From: Nitrospinaceae bacterium
GTDB lineage: Bacteria > Nitrospinota > Nitrospinia > Nitrospinales > Nitrospinaceae
Direction of reading: 5' to 3'
Length of the DNA stretch: 64,000 nt
Assembly (NCBI GenBank): GCA_965237905.1
Contig: OZ250172.1
Coordinates: 2,560,001-2,624,000, forward strand
In this document: positions 19,128 through 29,557 of the stretch, piece after piece
Position numbering within the stretch: the first letter of the stretch is position 1
Layout of the letters: every line of letters starts with the position of its first letter
Position numbers and translations under genes: made by a program
Notes under the pieces: model-generated
What the model was told of the DNA's origin: nothing
Database searches by the model: none
Seen by the model: the letters and a program-made list of their open reading frames with translations, nothing else

Positions 19128-20926
19128 AAGGGCAGTTTGAATTTTTTCAATAACGAATCGCCGCCCGGAATTTTTCCCAGTAAAGCTTTTTCCGTAGCCT
19201 GACTCAACAGGTCTTTGGAAGTTCCTTCTTCGTTTTTCAAAACTTTCTTGAAGTCCATCAAGCCTGCTAAGGAACCGTTTGCCTCTGACAGGGGTCCGGC
19301 GGTCGAGGCGGCGATGGACTTTTTCAGATCGGCTTCAAACGTCTTTATCTTTCCATCAAAAAGTTTCTTAACGGATTTGGCCAGGATTTCATCCAGGTCG
19401 GTTTTGATGCTCAGGGTATATTCATCTGGAGTTCCGTTGACCACCCCCTGAATGTAAAACTGATCGATAGATTTCAGAACGTTTCCAAGAACGCGGGACA
19501 TCTCGTTTGTGGCTTCTCCGGTTTGCGTGAATGACGCGCCATGCACCTTGACCGCAAAATTGCCTTTTACGTTTTGTTCGTTCTGAATATCTATTTTTCC
19601 ATTGATGTCTGCAAAGCCCTCGGCCAAAGTCGCCCAATTCCCCAGTGGAACGGGTTTGATTTTCAGGGAATCCACATGCGTTTCCAGAAAATCTGCCGCT
19701 TTTGCCCGGGTCCGGTCCAAAACCAGTTTCAGTTTGAATTGTTTGAATGCTTCGTTTTGGCTTCCCGTGAAGTTGAGATTAAACGGTTTGCCGTAAACTT
19801 TGGGGTCGTTGGTCAGCCCCTGAAAATCGCCCTCCACATCCTGATCCCACACATTCATAGAAAGTTTGGCCTGCCGGATTAAAAAATCAGGAAAAGGGTT
19901 GGGAGAAGCAAACTTTATAAATTGTCCCTTGCCGCGCTCCATTTTTTCCGGTTTCGGTTCCGGTTTAGAGTCGGGATCGCTTTTCAAATAAGGACTGATC
20001 TTTTTGTAATACCCCCACGCTTTGTCGATTTTGGCTTTCAAAGGACCGGAAACCATTTTGCTGATCAGCCCGGTCCCGCCTTTCAGGTCCAGTGAATACT
20101 TTTTTCTCAACCGATCAAAATCTTTTTTGGGCAGATCCTTGATTTGGGAAGCAAGCTTTTGGGCTTGGCGGATGTCAGTTTCCAGGTTCTTCTTGAAATT
20201 TTGGACGGTGTCGATTCGGGTTTGGATATCGTTCCGCAGTGCCTGGATTTCAGTAGTGATCGATTGAATGGCGCGCGGATCTTTCAGGTTTTTGCTTTTA
20301 GCTTGAAGGTCCTTGACGCGTTGCTGGATTTGGGCCAGGCTTTCTTTGCTCAATTGCTGGTCGACTTGAGTTTGCCATTTGGTCTTAAGCGCCTCCAAGT
20401 CACCCTTTGTTTTCTCGACCACTTCCAGAGTTTCCAGCGTTTCATTTTTTAGAATGTCTTTCGGATTTTTGAAATCAAGCCCCTCGGGCATGCCAAACCC
20501 AGACTCCTCTTCGGATTCTCTTCCGGACTCAGATTCCTCGCCTGCGGGTTTGTAAGGTTTTGCGGCCACCTCTCTTTTTTGGTTCAGGCGCAAACCTTCC
20601 AATTTCATGTCATCGATGATCACCTTTTTTGATAACGCTCTGTTGCCATCAAAATCAAATTTGATGCGGCCGACTTGCACCAGGTTTTCATCCAGTTTGT
20701 CGGCGTTCGCGATTTGGAGGTTTCCAATGTCCATCGATTGGGATAGAAGCGAGGTGGACAGAGAGCCAACATCGATCTGCGATTCCATCATGCGGGAACC
20801 TTCCTCTTCAATCGTATCTTTAATGATTGCGTCCAAAAACAATACAAGAAATACGCCGATCAGAACGGTTACAACTACGAAAACAGCGATTCCCTGAATT
20901 CTGAATTTTTTGCTGGAAGGTGTCAT
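19124..20926 (-). CDS. TIGR03545-like (AsmA-like) protein
   Basis: N-terminal membrane anchor, coiled-coil centre, RGKG..I.F...P.PDFLI; coupled to the upstream TIGR03546-like gene. Confidence 0.7.
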   Translation of the reverse strand: MTPSSKKFRIQGIAVFVVVTVLIGVFLVLFLDAIIKDTIEEEGSRMMESQIDVGSLSTSLLSQSMDIGNLQIANADKLDENLVQVGRIKFDFDGNRALSKKVIIDDMKLEGLRLNQKREVAAKPYKPAGEESESGRESEEESGFGMPEGLDFKNPKDILKNETLETLEVVEKTKGDLEALKTKWQTQVDQQLSKESLAQIQQRVKDLQAKSKNLKDPRAIQSITTEIQALRNDIQTRIDTVQNFKKNLETDIRQAQKLASQIKDLPKKDFDRLRKKYSLDLKGGTGLISKMVSGPLKAKIDKAWGYYKKISPYLKSDPDSKPEPKPEKMERGKGQFIKFASPNPFPDFLIRQAKLSMNVWDQDVEGDFQGLTNDPKVYGKPFNLNFTGSQNEAFKQFKLKLVLDRTRAKAADFLETHVDSLKIKPVPLGNWATLAEGFADINGKIDIQNEQNVKGNFAVKVHGASFTQTGEATNEMSRVLGNVLKSIDQFYIQGVVNGTPDEYTLSIKTDLDEILAKSVKKLFDGKIKTFEADLKKSIAASTAGPLSEANGSLAGLMDFKKVLKNEEGTSKDLLSQATEKALLGKIPGGDSLLKKFKLPF

Positions 20927-21417
20927 GAATGTTTCCCGTAAAGGTCTAAAACCTTCAAAAATTTTAAAACGGGAAATTTGCCGATGAAGGTATTGTAAAC
21001 GTCCCGGTATTTCACGACCAGAATGTTGAGCAGGAAAAACAGAGGCACCGCAGCAACCAAAGTGGAAATCAGGCTACCCATAACAATCGTGTTGTTCAGG
21101 TTCGCCAGAAGAGATATAGGACAACTGAAAAACTGGGTCCACAACCCTTCCAAACTTTGGGAAGTCAAAATAGCAAAACCCACTTGATGAAATAGGGGAT
21201 CCAAGGCGTAGGCGATGAGGGAAAATAACGCACAGCTGACGATCATCATACTGATATTCAGATTGATCAGAAGAGCCAAAAACAGAACGACCAGATTGTG
21301 GAGACTGAGTAGGGGAGTGAGACCCAGAACCGAACCAAAAATGATCCCCAGGCTGATTTGCCAGGGAGCTTCGTTGGAATTCAGGGCTTTTAAAACTTTC
21401 ATGACCAGACGGAGCAT
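20923..21417 (-). CDS. TIGR03546-like membrane protein
   Basis: LNSN..P.QI, GLTP, DPLFH and NNTIVMGS motifs; start moved to 21417. Confidence 0.8.
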   Translation of the reverse strand: MLRLVMKVLKALNSNEAPWQISLGIIFGSVLGLTPLLSLHNLVVLFLALLINLNISMMIVSCALFSLIAYALDPLFHQVGFAILTSQSLEGLWTQFFSCPISLLANLNNTIVMGSLISTLVAAVPLFFLLNILVVKYRDVYNTFIGKFPVLKFLKVLDLYGKHS

Positions 21418-21629
21418 GAATCCACCTTCATCAATTAACAGGTTGGAAAAGCGTATTAATTCGGGCGACCCTAAGAAATATTTGCGCAAGTGTACCACAT
21501 CTATTGCCGAGCTAAACCTTTTTGCTTGGATCAATCCAAATCCTTGCTTACCATGGAAGAAAGAGCATTTTAGGACTCTCAAATCTTTATTAAAAAGCCA
21601 CGGGTTAGTCCAAATTAGGTGATTCCGCC

Positions 21630-22295
21630 ATGCCATTAACTCCGAACAAGGGTAAGAAAAAACGCTCCAGGGATTATCTGGAATTTGAAAAGCACCCGGC
21701 TCCCCAAGAGCAGGAGGCGGACCCCGGTGTATTGGGCCAACTCTGGGCCAGGGCCGTGGAACCGGCATCGTATCCCTGGAAACCCGTCCCTTTTTGGGCG
21801 CTGGCGGTGACCTCCGTTTGCTTCGCGTTTTTGATGTATTTACTGAAAACGGATTTGTTAGGACATCATTCCTTTTGGATGAGAGGGTTGCATAGGGTAA
21901 ACTTGGTCTTCCATGAATTCGGCCACCCTGCGTTCAGTTTTTTTGGCCGCACCATGAACATTCTGGGGGGAACGCTCGGACAACTCCTGATTCCTCTGAT
22001 AGTGACCGTGGCTTTCTGGCGGCAACGCGATGCCCTTGGCTGTGCGGTCGGCGGATTCTGGTTTTTTGAAAATTTTCTGGATGTGGCCGTGTATATGGCC
22101 GACGCCCAGGTCCTTATGTTGCCGTTGATCGGCGGCTTGGGGAGCGAAGCCCACGATTGGAGAAATTTGTTCACCATGTGGGGCGTGCTGGATAAGACGC
22201 AGATCATCGCAGGGACGACCAACACCCTGGGTTGGATCGGAATGGTTACCACATGGGCCTGGTTGAGCTGGCGGTGGTTGGGTAGTAAAAAATAA
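21630..22295 (+). CDS. Membrane protein with HEXXH (M50B-like peptidase family)
   Basis: FHEFGH, GGTLGQL, YMADA and HDW motifs. Confidence 0.75.
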   Translation: MPLTPNKGKKKRSRDYLEFEKHPAPQEQEADPGVLGQLWARAVEPASYPWKPVPFWALAVTSVCFAFLMYLLKTDLLGHHSFWMRGLHRVNLVFHEFGHPAFSFFGRTMNILGGTLGQLLIPLIVTVAFWRQRDALGCAVGGFWFFENFLDVAVYMADAQVLMLPLIGGLGSEAHDWRNLFTMWGVLDKTQIIAGTTNTLGWIGMVTTWAWLSWRWLGSKK

Positions 22296-22315
22296 TTGAA
22301 ACGGATTGGATAAAA

Positions 22316-22522
22316 ATGGACCCACATATCGAAAAACTGCTTGTCGCGTTTATGGTACTGATCGAAAAAAACGGAGGCTCCTGCAGTTTGGATACGGAAG
22401 CCTTCAACCGGCTGTTTGAAGTCCGGCATAATAAGGGGATTCAGGTTCGTGAATCGAACGAGTCCATGGTATTCACGATTGGAGATATGCCCGTCAACCC
22501 GGACGACGCCATGCTGAATTGA
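22316..22522 (+). CDS. Small hypothetical protein
   Basis: 68-aa ORF filling the gap in an apparent operon. Confidence 0.6.
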   Translation: MDPHIEKLLVAFMVLIEKNGGSCSLDTEAFNRLFEVRHNKGIQVRESNESMVFTIGDMPVNPDDAMLN

Positions 22523-22549
22523 GAAAAGGGGCGAACGCCATGCTGGTTT

Positions 22550-23983
22550 ATGGTGCGGTCTAAACTCATCCGATCTCTCTACTTGTACACGGCCCTTTTC
22601 CTGGGAGGCGCTTTGCTGTTGCCGGACCGCCCCGTGGTTGCCGATACGCCCTCTTTTCCTCCTCCCCCCTACAATCCCTCCCGTGATCTCGAAAACTACC
22701 GTTATTTAAGATATCCCCCCCGACACCCGGATTTCTGGGATCGGCTCAAATACATTCCGCTCGGCAAGGCCACGGGAAATTACCTGTCCTTCGGGGGAGA
22801 AACCCGCCAGCACTACGAAAGCATCCGCAACGAAAACTGGGGAGCGACGGTCGAGGACAACAACGGCTGGTACCTGCAGCGCTATTTACTGCACGCCGAC
22901 CTCCACGTGGGACCCTGGCTCCGCGTGTTCTCGCAGATTCAGAGTGGCATCGAAACCGGGCGTTCCGGCGGGCCGCGCGGGGTGGACGAAGACCGGCTGG
23001 ACCTGCATCAATTGTTCCTGGATTACCCCACACTCTCCTCAAGAAATCGGAATTTCACGGTCCGTATCGGCCGACAGGAAATTATTTTCGGTTCCCGCCG
23101 GTTTTTCAATTACCGGGAGCGCCCCAACCTGCGCCTCAGTCACGATGCCGTGAAACTCATGATGAAGGCGGGACACACGGATGTCACCGCGTTTGCCGGC
23201 AGGCCGGTGCAGATCGACCGCGATTATTTTGACAACAATTCCGGCAACGAACATTCCTTCTGGGGCCTGTACTCGGTGACGGATCTGGACGGGCCGTTTC
23301 CGCAAAAGCTGGATGCCTATTACATCGGACTCAACCGCGAACAGGCCCGCTTCGACCAGGGGACCGCCAACGAAATCCGGCACAGCGCCGGTACCCGGCT
23401 CTCGGGAAAACATAGCGCGTTCGATTACAATTTCGAGTTTATGGTTCAGTTCGGGAGTTTTGGAGATTCCACCATCAGTGCCTACGCGGTGGCCTCCGAC
23501 ACGGGATATACCTGGACCTTGGGAGGCGAATCCAAAATCCGCTTCAGCCTGCGGGCCGATATTTACAGCGGCGACGACGACCCGAACGATGCCGACCTCA
23601 ATGCCTTCAACCCGTTTTTCCCGAAAGGCAAACACATCAGCCAACTGGCGGCTACCGGGTTGATCAACCAGCGCGATCTGCATCCCAAAATCAATATCCA
23701 GTTCAACCGGCAATGGTCGCTGACGCTCAGCACGGAATTCATCTGGCGGGACAGTCTGGACGACGGCGTTTATTCCATCGCCAACGGTTTGTTGAGAACG
23801 GGGCAGGCGAGCCGGGCGCGATACGTCGGCACCCAGCCGGAGGTGGAACTCAAATGGCAGGTGGATCGCCATCTCGATATCAAGGGGATTTTCATTTTCT
23901 TCGATGCCGGACCTTTCCTGCGGGAAACCCCGCCCGGGAACGATATCGTTTACCTCGGCACCATGGCGACCTACCGCTTTTAA
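22550..23983 (+). CDS. Alginate export (AlgE-like) outer membrane beta-barrel
   Basis: Signal peptide, LKYIPL..YLSFGGE.R, GRQE...GS.R, C-terminal YRF. Confidence 0.8.
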   Translation: MVRSKLIRSLYLYTALFLGGALLLPDRPVVADTPSFPPPPYNPSRDLENYRYLRYPPRHPDFWDRLKYIPLGKATGNYLSFGGETRQHYESIRNENWGATVEDNNGWYLQRYLLHADLHVGPWLRVFSQIQSGIETGRSGGPRGVDEDRLDLHQLFLDYPTLSSRNRNFTVRIGRQEIIFGSRRFFNYRERPNLRLSHDAVKLMMKAGHTDVTAFAGRPVQIDRDYFDNNSGNEHSFWGLYSVTDLDGPFPQKLDAYYIGLNREQARFDQGTANEIRHSAGTRLSGKHSAFDYNFEFMVQFGSFGDSTISAYAVASDTGYTWTLGGESKIRFSLRADIYSGDDDPNDADLNAFNPFFPKGKHISQLAATGLINQRDLHPKINIQFNRQWSLTLSTEFIWRDSLDDGVYSIANGLLRTGQASRARYVGTQPEVELKWQVDRHLDIKGIFIFFDAGPFLRETPPGNDIVYLGTMATYRF

Positions 23984-24327
23984 GGGGACTTGGTATCATT
24001 CCCCTCGTAAAGGATAATCTTCACCTTCTCCTCGGTGATCAGCCCTTCGGTGACGATTGCATCCAGCTTGGGTTTGATCGCGTCGATCTTGGCCTGCGTG
24101 TCGGCCACCTCCACCACGATGGGCAGATCGGTAGACAGTCTTAATATGGAAGTGGTGTGAGCATGGCTGGATTTTCCGAAACCGTCGATGCCCCGCAACA
24201 CGGTCGCCCCCGCCAGTCCTTCCTTCTTAAAAAATTCCACCAGGTATTTGTAGAGATGCTTTCCCTCGTACGTGGCGGACTCGCCGATAAAAATCCTCAA
24301 TAAAATAGCATCGCTTTCTTTTTTCAT
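23980..24327 (-). CDS. DUF190-family protein (PII-like)
   Basis: LRIFIGE, GATVLRGI.GFG and LS.DLP motifs; downstream of crcB. Confidence 0.9.
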   Translation of the reverse strand: MKKESDAILLRIFIGESATYEGKHLYKYLVEFFKKEGLAGATVLRGIDGFGKSSHAHTTSILRLSTDLPIVVEVADTQAKIDAIKPKLDAIVTEGLITEEKVKIILYEGNDTKSP

Positions 24328-24337
24328 AATCGACTCG

Positions 24338-24706
24338 TTATAGATTCAAGGTGATGATTTTCCCCAGATAAATGGCCAGCAGGGTGAGGGCGACCGAACC
24401 GATGACGTTGACGCTGAACAACAGGTGCTCCTGCTGTTCCAGCAGTTTGAACGACTCGTAACTGAAGGTCGACATGGTGGTGAAGGACCCCAGCAGGCCG
24501 ATGGACAGGAAGATTCGGGTCTCCTCGTTGAAGTATCCCTTAAACTCTGACAGGAACATCACCAGCGCCAGAAAAAAACTGCCGATGAAATTGACCGCCA
24601 GCGTACCCAGGGGAAACGTCACTGCTCCCGCCTGTATCCAGCCGCTGATCCAGTAGCGGAGAACTGCGCCGACGAATCCGCCTATCCCTATCCACAAGAC
24701 AATCAC
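24338..24706 (-). CDS. crcB: Fluoride channel CrcB/Fluc
   Basis: GG..GA.LRY, GTL.VN.IG and GSFTTMSTF motifs; GTG start with AGGAG RBS. Confidence 0.92.
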   Translation of the reverse strand: MIVLWIGIGGFVGAVLRYWISGWIQAGAVTFPLGTLAVNFIGSFFLALVMFLSEFKGYFNEETRIFLSIGLLGSFTTMSTFSYESFKLLEQQEHLLFSVNVIGSVALTLLAIYLGKIITLNL

Positions 24707-24793
24707 AGGTTCACTCCTGTCAGGAACATTCCAATCGAAATTTTCCCATGATTTATACACTGTAATCCGGTGAGGGGAAAGCGTTTTAAGGCT

Positions 24794-25387
24794 TCAGGAC
24801 CCCCGGATAGAGCGGAAGCTTTTCGGGGAATAGAATCTTGCGAGTAGATAAGCAAGGGCGCGCGTGGCTCGATGGATGAAATTTTCCGGGCCGGGGACAG
24901 GTTTGACGTGGATGAAGCGCATACCGGCGTCGATGGCCCCGCCGTCGGTGATATAGTTGTCGCCGATCATGCACACCGTCGCCGGGTCGTCCAATTGCAG
25001 GTATTTTTTCATGGCGATTTCGAAGCCGCGCGGGTCGGGTTTCGGAGGAACATCGGTGACGATGGCGACGCCTTCGAACGCCTCAAAACGGTCTTCCATG
25101 GCGTTGGTGTAGATCGCCATGCGCAGGCCGCTGGCGATCATTTTTGCGATATGGTCCCTGACTGATTCGGAAAACACCCGGGTGTGATGCGGCCCCAGCG
25201 TCCCGTCAGCGTCCAATAGAACCCCTTTTATACCATCCGCGGTCAAACGGTCGATAGGGACGTCCTCAAACCGTTTAACGGCCCGGTAAGTCCTCAGACG
25301 TTTCGGCGCAAAGGGCAGGGTGAGAAACCGCTTGATTTTGACCCATTTCAGGCCTTCACGCGGGTGGACAACCTGTGGTGTGTTCAT
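24794..25387 (-). CDS. HAD-superfamily phosphatase (YqeG-like)
   Basis: DADGTL, KP and IGD...TD motifs. Confidence 0.85.
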   Translation of the reverse strand: MNTPQVVHPREGLKWVKIKRFLTLPFAPKRLRTYRAVKRFEDVPIDRLTADGIKGVLLDADGTLGPHHTRVFSESVRDHIAKMIASGLRMAIYTNAMEDRFEAFEGVAIVTDVPPKPDPRGFEIAMKKYLQLDDPATVCMIGDNYITDGGAIDAGMRFIHVKPVPGPENFIHRATRALAYLLARFYSPKSFRSIRGS

Positions 25388-25487
25388 AGTGGAAGAACCT
25401 CGGGCGGCGACTGATCCCGATTATAGCAGAATTCACTTAACTTTATTAAATTCAACAGGTTCTATAGGGAGGGTATAAAAATTCCTG

Positions 25488-25544
25488 TTCCGGCCCGTGG
25501 CTACAGCCCTGAGAGGCCGTGCCACTTGATTGGACCAGAAGTTT
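25488..25544 (-). repeat. Conserved 3' stem-loop element, copy 1 (after pilX-1)
   Basis: ttccggcccgtggctacagcc...gccac...ggaccagaagttt, 11 nt past the stop codon. Confidence 0.85.
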
Positions 25545-25555
25545 GTTTGTAAGTA

Positions 25556-26935
25556 TTAGCCTATAACTTCGTTCCACGAAACCACGTTAACGATGGTTGT
25601 AGTACTGGGTACAGTCAAACCGCAGCCATAAGTGATAGTAGAACCACCAGAGATTGAGCTATTCTGCACCAGATTTTCTGTTGAAAAAGACTCATAAGAC
25701 ATTATGGCCCCAGTAATATTGGCACTTCCGCTCAGTTTCAATTGCTCGGTCGCATACAGTATACCGTCGACATTCTGACTCACGTTACCACTGAAGTCGA
25801 GATCGGTACCCGCAACCATAAATAAATTTTGAATATCCGGCGGAAGGTTAGGATCCTTTTTGTTTACGATATGATCATTCCCGGTCATCGCAATGTAGCC
25901 GGTGGCGACAAGGGTGAGCTCCCACTTGTTACCTGGCGTACCCGCGCTACCATTGCTCATATCGGCATTCCCTTCAACATAAAGGAAAGCGTCCTTAGCA
26001 TCATTGCCGTTGTTATTTCTCCATTTTTGTTGGGAGCTTTGATAAGACCAACCTTCCCAGGGAGAAGAGGAGACGAAGGCTCCATTTTTGTCATAGACAT
26101 TGCCGTCTGAGGCGAGTGTGTAATCCGCGTAGGGTTTAAATTCAGTGACGTCCAAAAGGGGGATTGGAATCGCAGCTGCGCCACTTGTAGTCGTTCCATT
26201 AACGGTTGTAGTCCCTTGGGTCGTGGTTCCGGTAGAGGTGGCATCTCCATTAACGGTTGTACTACTATTTCCCATGGTTAAATCACCGTTGGCATGAACA
26301 CTGCCACAAGCTCCAGTTATAGTCGTACCCCCTCCCAAAGGAAGATTTCCGTTAGCCGTGACCGCATTGAGTGGAACTCCAGGAGGATTGTAAACCAGTG
26401 CTTGAACCGTGGTGGTGGTGCCATCAACGACTCCCACGGCGGACAAGAAAATCATATTGTCCTTATCATTCGTCAGGTCGCCATCGCCATCATCGTTGTC
26501 AAAGGCCCGGATATAATAGGTGTTGCCGTTCAAGACCGCCGTGTCATACACAAAGCCATCATCTACGGGTAAGGCGACCGGTGCCGCGAGGCCGAAGGTG
26601 CCGTTATCGTCATTTTCGGAATCACTGGGTGTTGCGGATATAGCGTCATCCGGACCAGCCAGAACCAATCTCAAGGAACTCTCCTCAGCCAGGAATTTGG
26701 CATGCTCCAATCCCGCCTCGGCCAGAAAAAATGCTTCCCGGGTTTCCTTGAAATTACTGGCCCGGTCCATTTCTCTCGTGCTCAATTGCATGGCCGCCGG
26801 CACCAGGCTGATCATGACGACCATGAGGAGCAGGGCCGTAACCATCGCGAACCCGGATTCGTTGTGCAGAGCGCGTCCAGTGGGTATTTTTGTCCCGTTA
26901 GAATGGGTGGTTTCGTTTTTTGATGTCGTTTTCAT
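25556..26935 (-). CDS. PilX-like minor pilin paralogue 1
   Basis: Prepilin site ESG|FAMVTALL without E+5; AFF.AEAG PilX N-terminal motif; start moved to 26935. Confidence 0.85.
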   Translation of the reverse strand: MKTTSKNETTHSNGTKIPTGRALHNESGFAMVTALLLMVVMISLVPAAMQLSTREMDRASNFKETREAFFLAEAGLEHAKFLAEESSLRLVLAGPDDAISATPSDSENDDNGTFGLAAPVALPVDDGFVYDTAVLNGNTYYIRAFDNDDGDGDLTNDKDNMIFLSAVGVVDGTTTTVQALVYNPPGVPLNAVTANGNLPLGGGTTITGACGSVHANGDLTMGNSSTTVNGDATSTGTTTQGTTTVNGTTTSGAAAIPIPLLDVTEFKPYADYTLASDGNVYDKNGAFVSSSPWEGWSYQSSQQKWRNNNGNDAKDAFLYVEGNADMSNGSAGTPGNKWELTLVATGYIAMTGNDHIVNKKDPNLPPDIQNLFMVAGTDLDFSGNVSQNVDGILYATEQLKLSGSANITGAIMSYESFSTENLVQNSSISGGSTITYGCGLTVPSTTTIVNVVSWNEVIG

Positions 26936-27038
26936 AATCTCTCTCGCTATTTCTACCAGGTTGCCATCAGTTTCAACTACGTACCAGAAATTGGGAGTCC
27001 TCAATTCAATCCATGTCATCAGACTCACTACCAGATAA

Positions 27039-27055
27039 TGCAAAACATGAACTAA
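27039..27055 (-). promoter_or_regulatory. Degenerate sigma54 promoter (TTAG-N10-GCA) of pilX-1
   Basis: Homologous to the pilX-2 promoter, but the -24 GG reads AG. Confidence 0.55.
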
Positions 27056-27366
27056 ATCGACAACTTAGGTAATTTATATTGACAGTCGATGTGTATCTAT
27101 TTGCTTTTCAAGCGTTTAAAACTTTAGGAAGTCCAAATTTTCTTTTAGGGTCTCGCTAATATATACCCCAATAGCGTCACAAAATATCCCAATAGTGTCA
27201 CAAATTTGGGACTATTCCCATAATTGAAACACAATTGTTCCGTTTCGGGAATTCGTAAAAAGTAACGTTTTCGGAGTGTTACGGGCATAGAGTGTTACGG
27301 CATAGAAGGGGGCTGATTTGGGGATTTGTCACCGCAGAGGGCGCGGAGAGCTCAGAGAGAACCTAA

Positions 27367-27596
27367 TTAACCACAGATAAACACAGATGGACACCGATGA
27401 AACCTAGATCCTTCACGGAGTTTATCCTGAGCCAGCCGAAGGGTTCAGGATGACAAAAAGAATCCCCCTCCTTTTCAAGGAGGGGTTAGGGGTGGTTGAT
27501 ATCAACCCCTCCTCAGTCCTCCCCTTGAAACGGGGAGGTATCATTTGTATCTGTGTTCATCTGTGGTTAATTTGATTTTTATCCTGTGATCCTGTC
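27367..27596. repeat. MITE-like composite palindromic element, copy A (one end truncated)
   Basis: Reverse complement of 29558-29788. Confidence 0.8.
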
Positions 27597-27724
27597 CCCC
27601 TTCGACAAAGCCTGTCCTGAGCTTGTCGAAGGACTCAGGGTGACACGGTTACGTGAGGAAAAGTAAAACCGGTTGGTATTTACAGAGATAAGGAGGGGGG
27701 GTGTAAGGGGGGATGTGCGGGGAG

Positions 27725-27788
27725 AAACTTATTCCGGCCCGTGGCTACAGCCCTGAAAGGCTGTGCCACTTGATTGGACCAGAAGTTT
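27725..27788 (-). repeat. Conserved 3' stem-loop element, copy 2
   Basis: aaacttattccggccc...ggaccagaagttt, 11 nt past the stop codon. Confidence 0.85.
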
Positions 27789-27799
27789 GTTTGTAAGAA

Positions 27800-29179
27800 T
27801 CAGTTTATCTCGTTCCACGAAACTACACCAATGTTGGTTGTAGTCGTAGGTACGGTCATACCGCAGCCATAACTGATGTTAGTACCACCAGAGACTGTGT
27901 TAGCACCATTTACCAGATTTTCTGTGGAAGGAGCGTCAAAAGCCATTGCGGCTCCATCTATATCGGCATTTCCGCTCAGTTTTAACTGCTCGCGAGCATA
28001 GACTACACCTTCGATCAACTGAGTGGAGGCGCCAGAGAAATCAATATCGGTACCCGCAACCACAAATAAATTTTGAATATCTGCCGGAAGGGCGGGATCC
28101 TTCTTGTTTATGATATTCACATTCCCACCCATTGCAACGTAGCCGGTGGCAACAATGGTGAGCTCCCACTTGTTACCTGGCGTACCCGCGCTACCATTGC
28201 TCATATCGACGTTCCCTTCAAAATAAAGGAAAGCATCAAAAGCATCATTGCCGCTGTTATTTCTCCATTTTTGTTGGGAGCTTTGATAAGACCAACCTTG
28301 CCAGCCTGAAGAAGCGACGAAGTTTCCATTTTTGTCATAGACATTGCCGTCTGAGCGCAATTGGTAATCCGCGTAGGGTGCAAATTCAGTGACGTCGAAA
28401 TCGGGGACTGGAACCACAGGTTGACCCGCATCACAGGTTCCACTTCCAACGGTTGCATTACCTATGTCGCAGATTATTCCGCTGGAGGTGGCATTGACAG
28501 CAACGGTTTGACCACTCCCTGCCAAATCTAAATTACCATTGGCATGAACGCTGCCACAAGCTCCACCCACGTCCCCTCCTACATCAAGATCTCCGTTAGT
28601 CGTGACCGCACTTGTTGGAAGTCCAGGGGGATTGTAAACCAGTGCTTGAACCGTGGTGGTGCCATCCACGATCCCCACCGCCGACAGGAAAACCATGTTA
28701 TCCAGATCCTTCGTCAGGTCGCCATCGCCATCGTTGTTGTCAAAGGCCCGGATATAATAGGTGTTGCCGTTCAAGACTGCCGTGTCATACACAAAGCCAT
28801 CATCTACGGGTAAGGCGACCGGTGCGGCGAGGCCGAAGGTGCCGTTATCGTCATTTTCGGAATCACTGGGTGTTGCAGTTACCAGGTCGTCCGGACCGGC
28901 CAGGGCCGCTCTTATGGAACCCGCTTCAGTCAGGAATTTGGCATGCTCCAGTCCCGCCTCGGCGACAAAAAATGCTTCCCGGTTTTCCTTGAAATTACCC
29001 GCCCGGTCCATCTCTCCCGTGCTCAATTGCAGGGCCGCAGGCACCACGCTGATCATGACGACCATGAGGAGCAGGGCCGTAACCATCGCGAACCCGGATT
29101 CGTTATTCAGAACGCGTCCGGTGAGCGCCTTTATCCCGTTAAAATTAGGGGTGGATTTGTTTTTTGATATCGTTTTCAT
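27800..29179 (-). CDS. PilX-like minor pilin paralogue 2
   Basis: ESG|FAMVTALL and AFFVAEAG; start moved to 29179. Confidence 0.85.
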   Translation of the reverse strand: MKTISKNKSTPNFNGIKALTGRVLNNESGFAMVTALLLMVVMISVVPAALQLSTGEMDRAGNFKENREAFFVAEAGLEHAKFLTEAGSIRAALAGPDDLVTATPSDSENDDNGTFGLAAPVALPVDDGFVYDTAVLNGNTYYIRAFDNNDGDGDLTKDLDNMVFLSAVGIVDGTTTVQALVYNPPGLPTSAVTTNGDLDVGGDVGGACGSVHANGNLDLAGSGQTVAVNATSSGIICDIGNATVGSGTCDAGQPVVPVPDFDVTEFAPYADYQLRSDGNVYDKNGNFVASSGWQGWSYQSSQQKWRNNSGNDAFDAFLYFEGNVDMSNGSAGTPGNKWELTIVATGYVAMGGNVNIINKKDPALPADIQNLFVVAGTDIDFSGASTQLIEGVVYAREQLKLSGNADIDGAAMAFDAPSTENLVNGANTVSGGTNISYGCGMTVPTTTTNIGVVSWNEIN

Positions 29180-29314
29180 AATTTCTTCCTCTCTCTTTCT
29201 CTCTTTTTCCAGCTGCTTTTTTATCAAGTCAATTTTTATTGATGCCCTCTATCTACGTTCCAAAAATTGGGAGTCCTCAATTCAATCCATGTCCTCAGAC
29301 TCAATACCAGATAA

Positions 29315-29331
29315 TGCAAAATGTGAACCAA
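29315..29331 (-). promoter_or_regulatory. Sigma54 -24/-12 promoter of pilX-2 (TTGGTTCACATTTTGCA)
   Basis: GG-N10-GC with TTGCA. Confidence 0.7.
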
Positions 29332-29557
29332 ATCGAAGATTTAAAGGGTTTATATTGACAGTCGATGTGTATGTATTTGCTTTTCAGACGTTTAGAACGA
29401 CAGAAAATCCAAATTTTCTTTTAGGACCTCGCCAATATATACCCCAAGTGGATTTTAAAATTGGGATTTGTCCCATATTTGAAACACAATTGTCCGTTTT
29501 TGGGAAACCAGGAAAAGTAGCATTTTCGGGGTGTTACAGCAGAGAAAACCTTAAGCA

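Noticed and set aside
24707..24793. Fluoride riboswitch upstream of crcB
   Set aside because: The conserved GATGG...GCTGATGAC pattern was not found on the coding strand.
26936..27043. Extended N-termini given by the ORF track for pilX-1, pilX-2 and pilX-4
   Set aside because: Alignment of the paralogue leaders, RBS position and (for copies 1 and 4) overlap with the sigma54 site favour the downstream ATGs.
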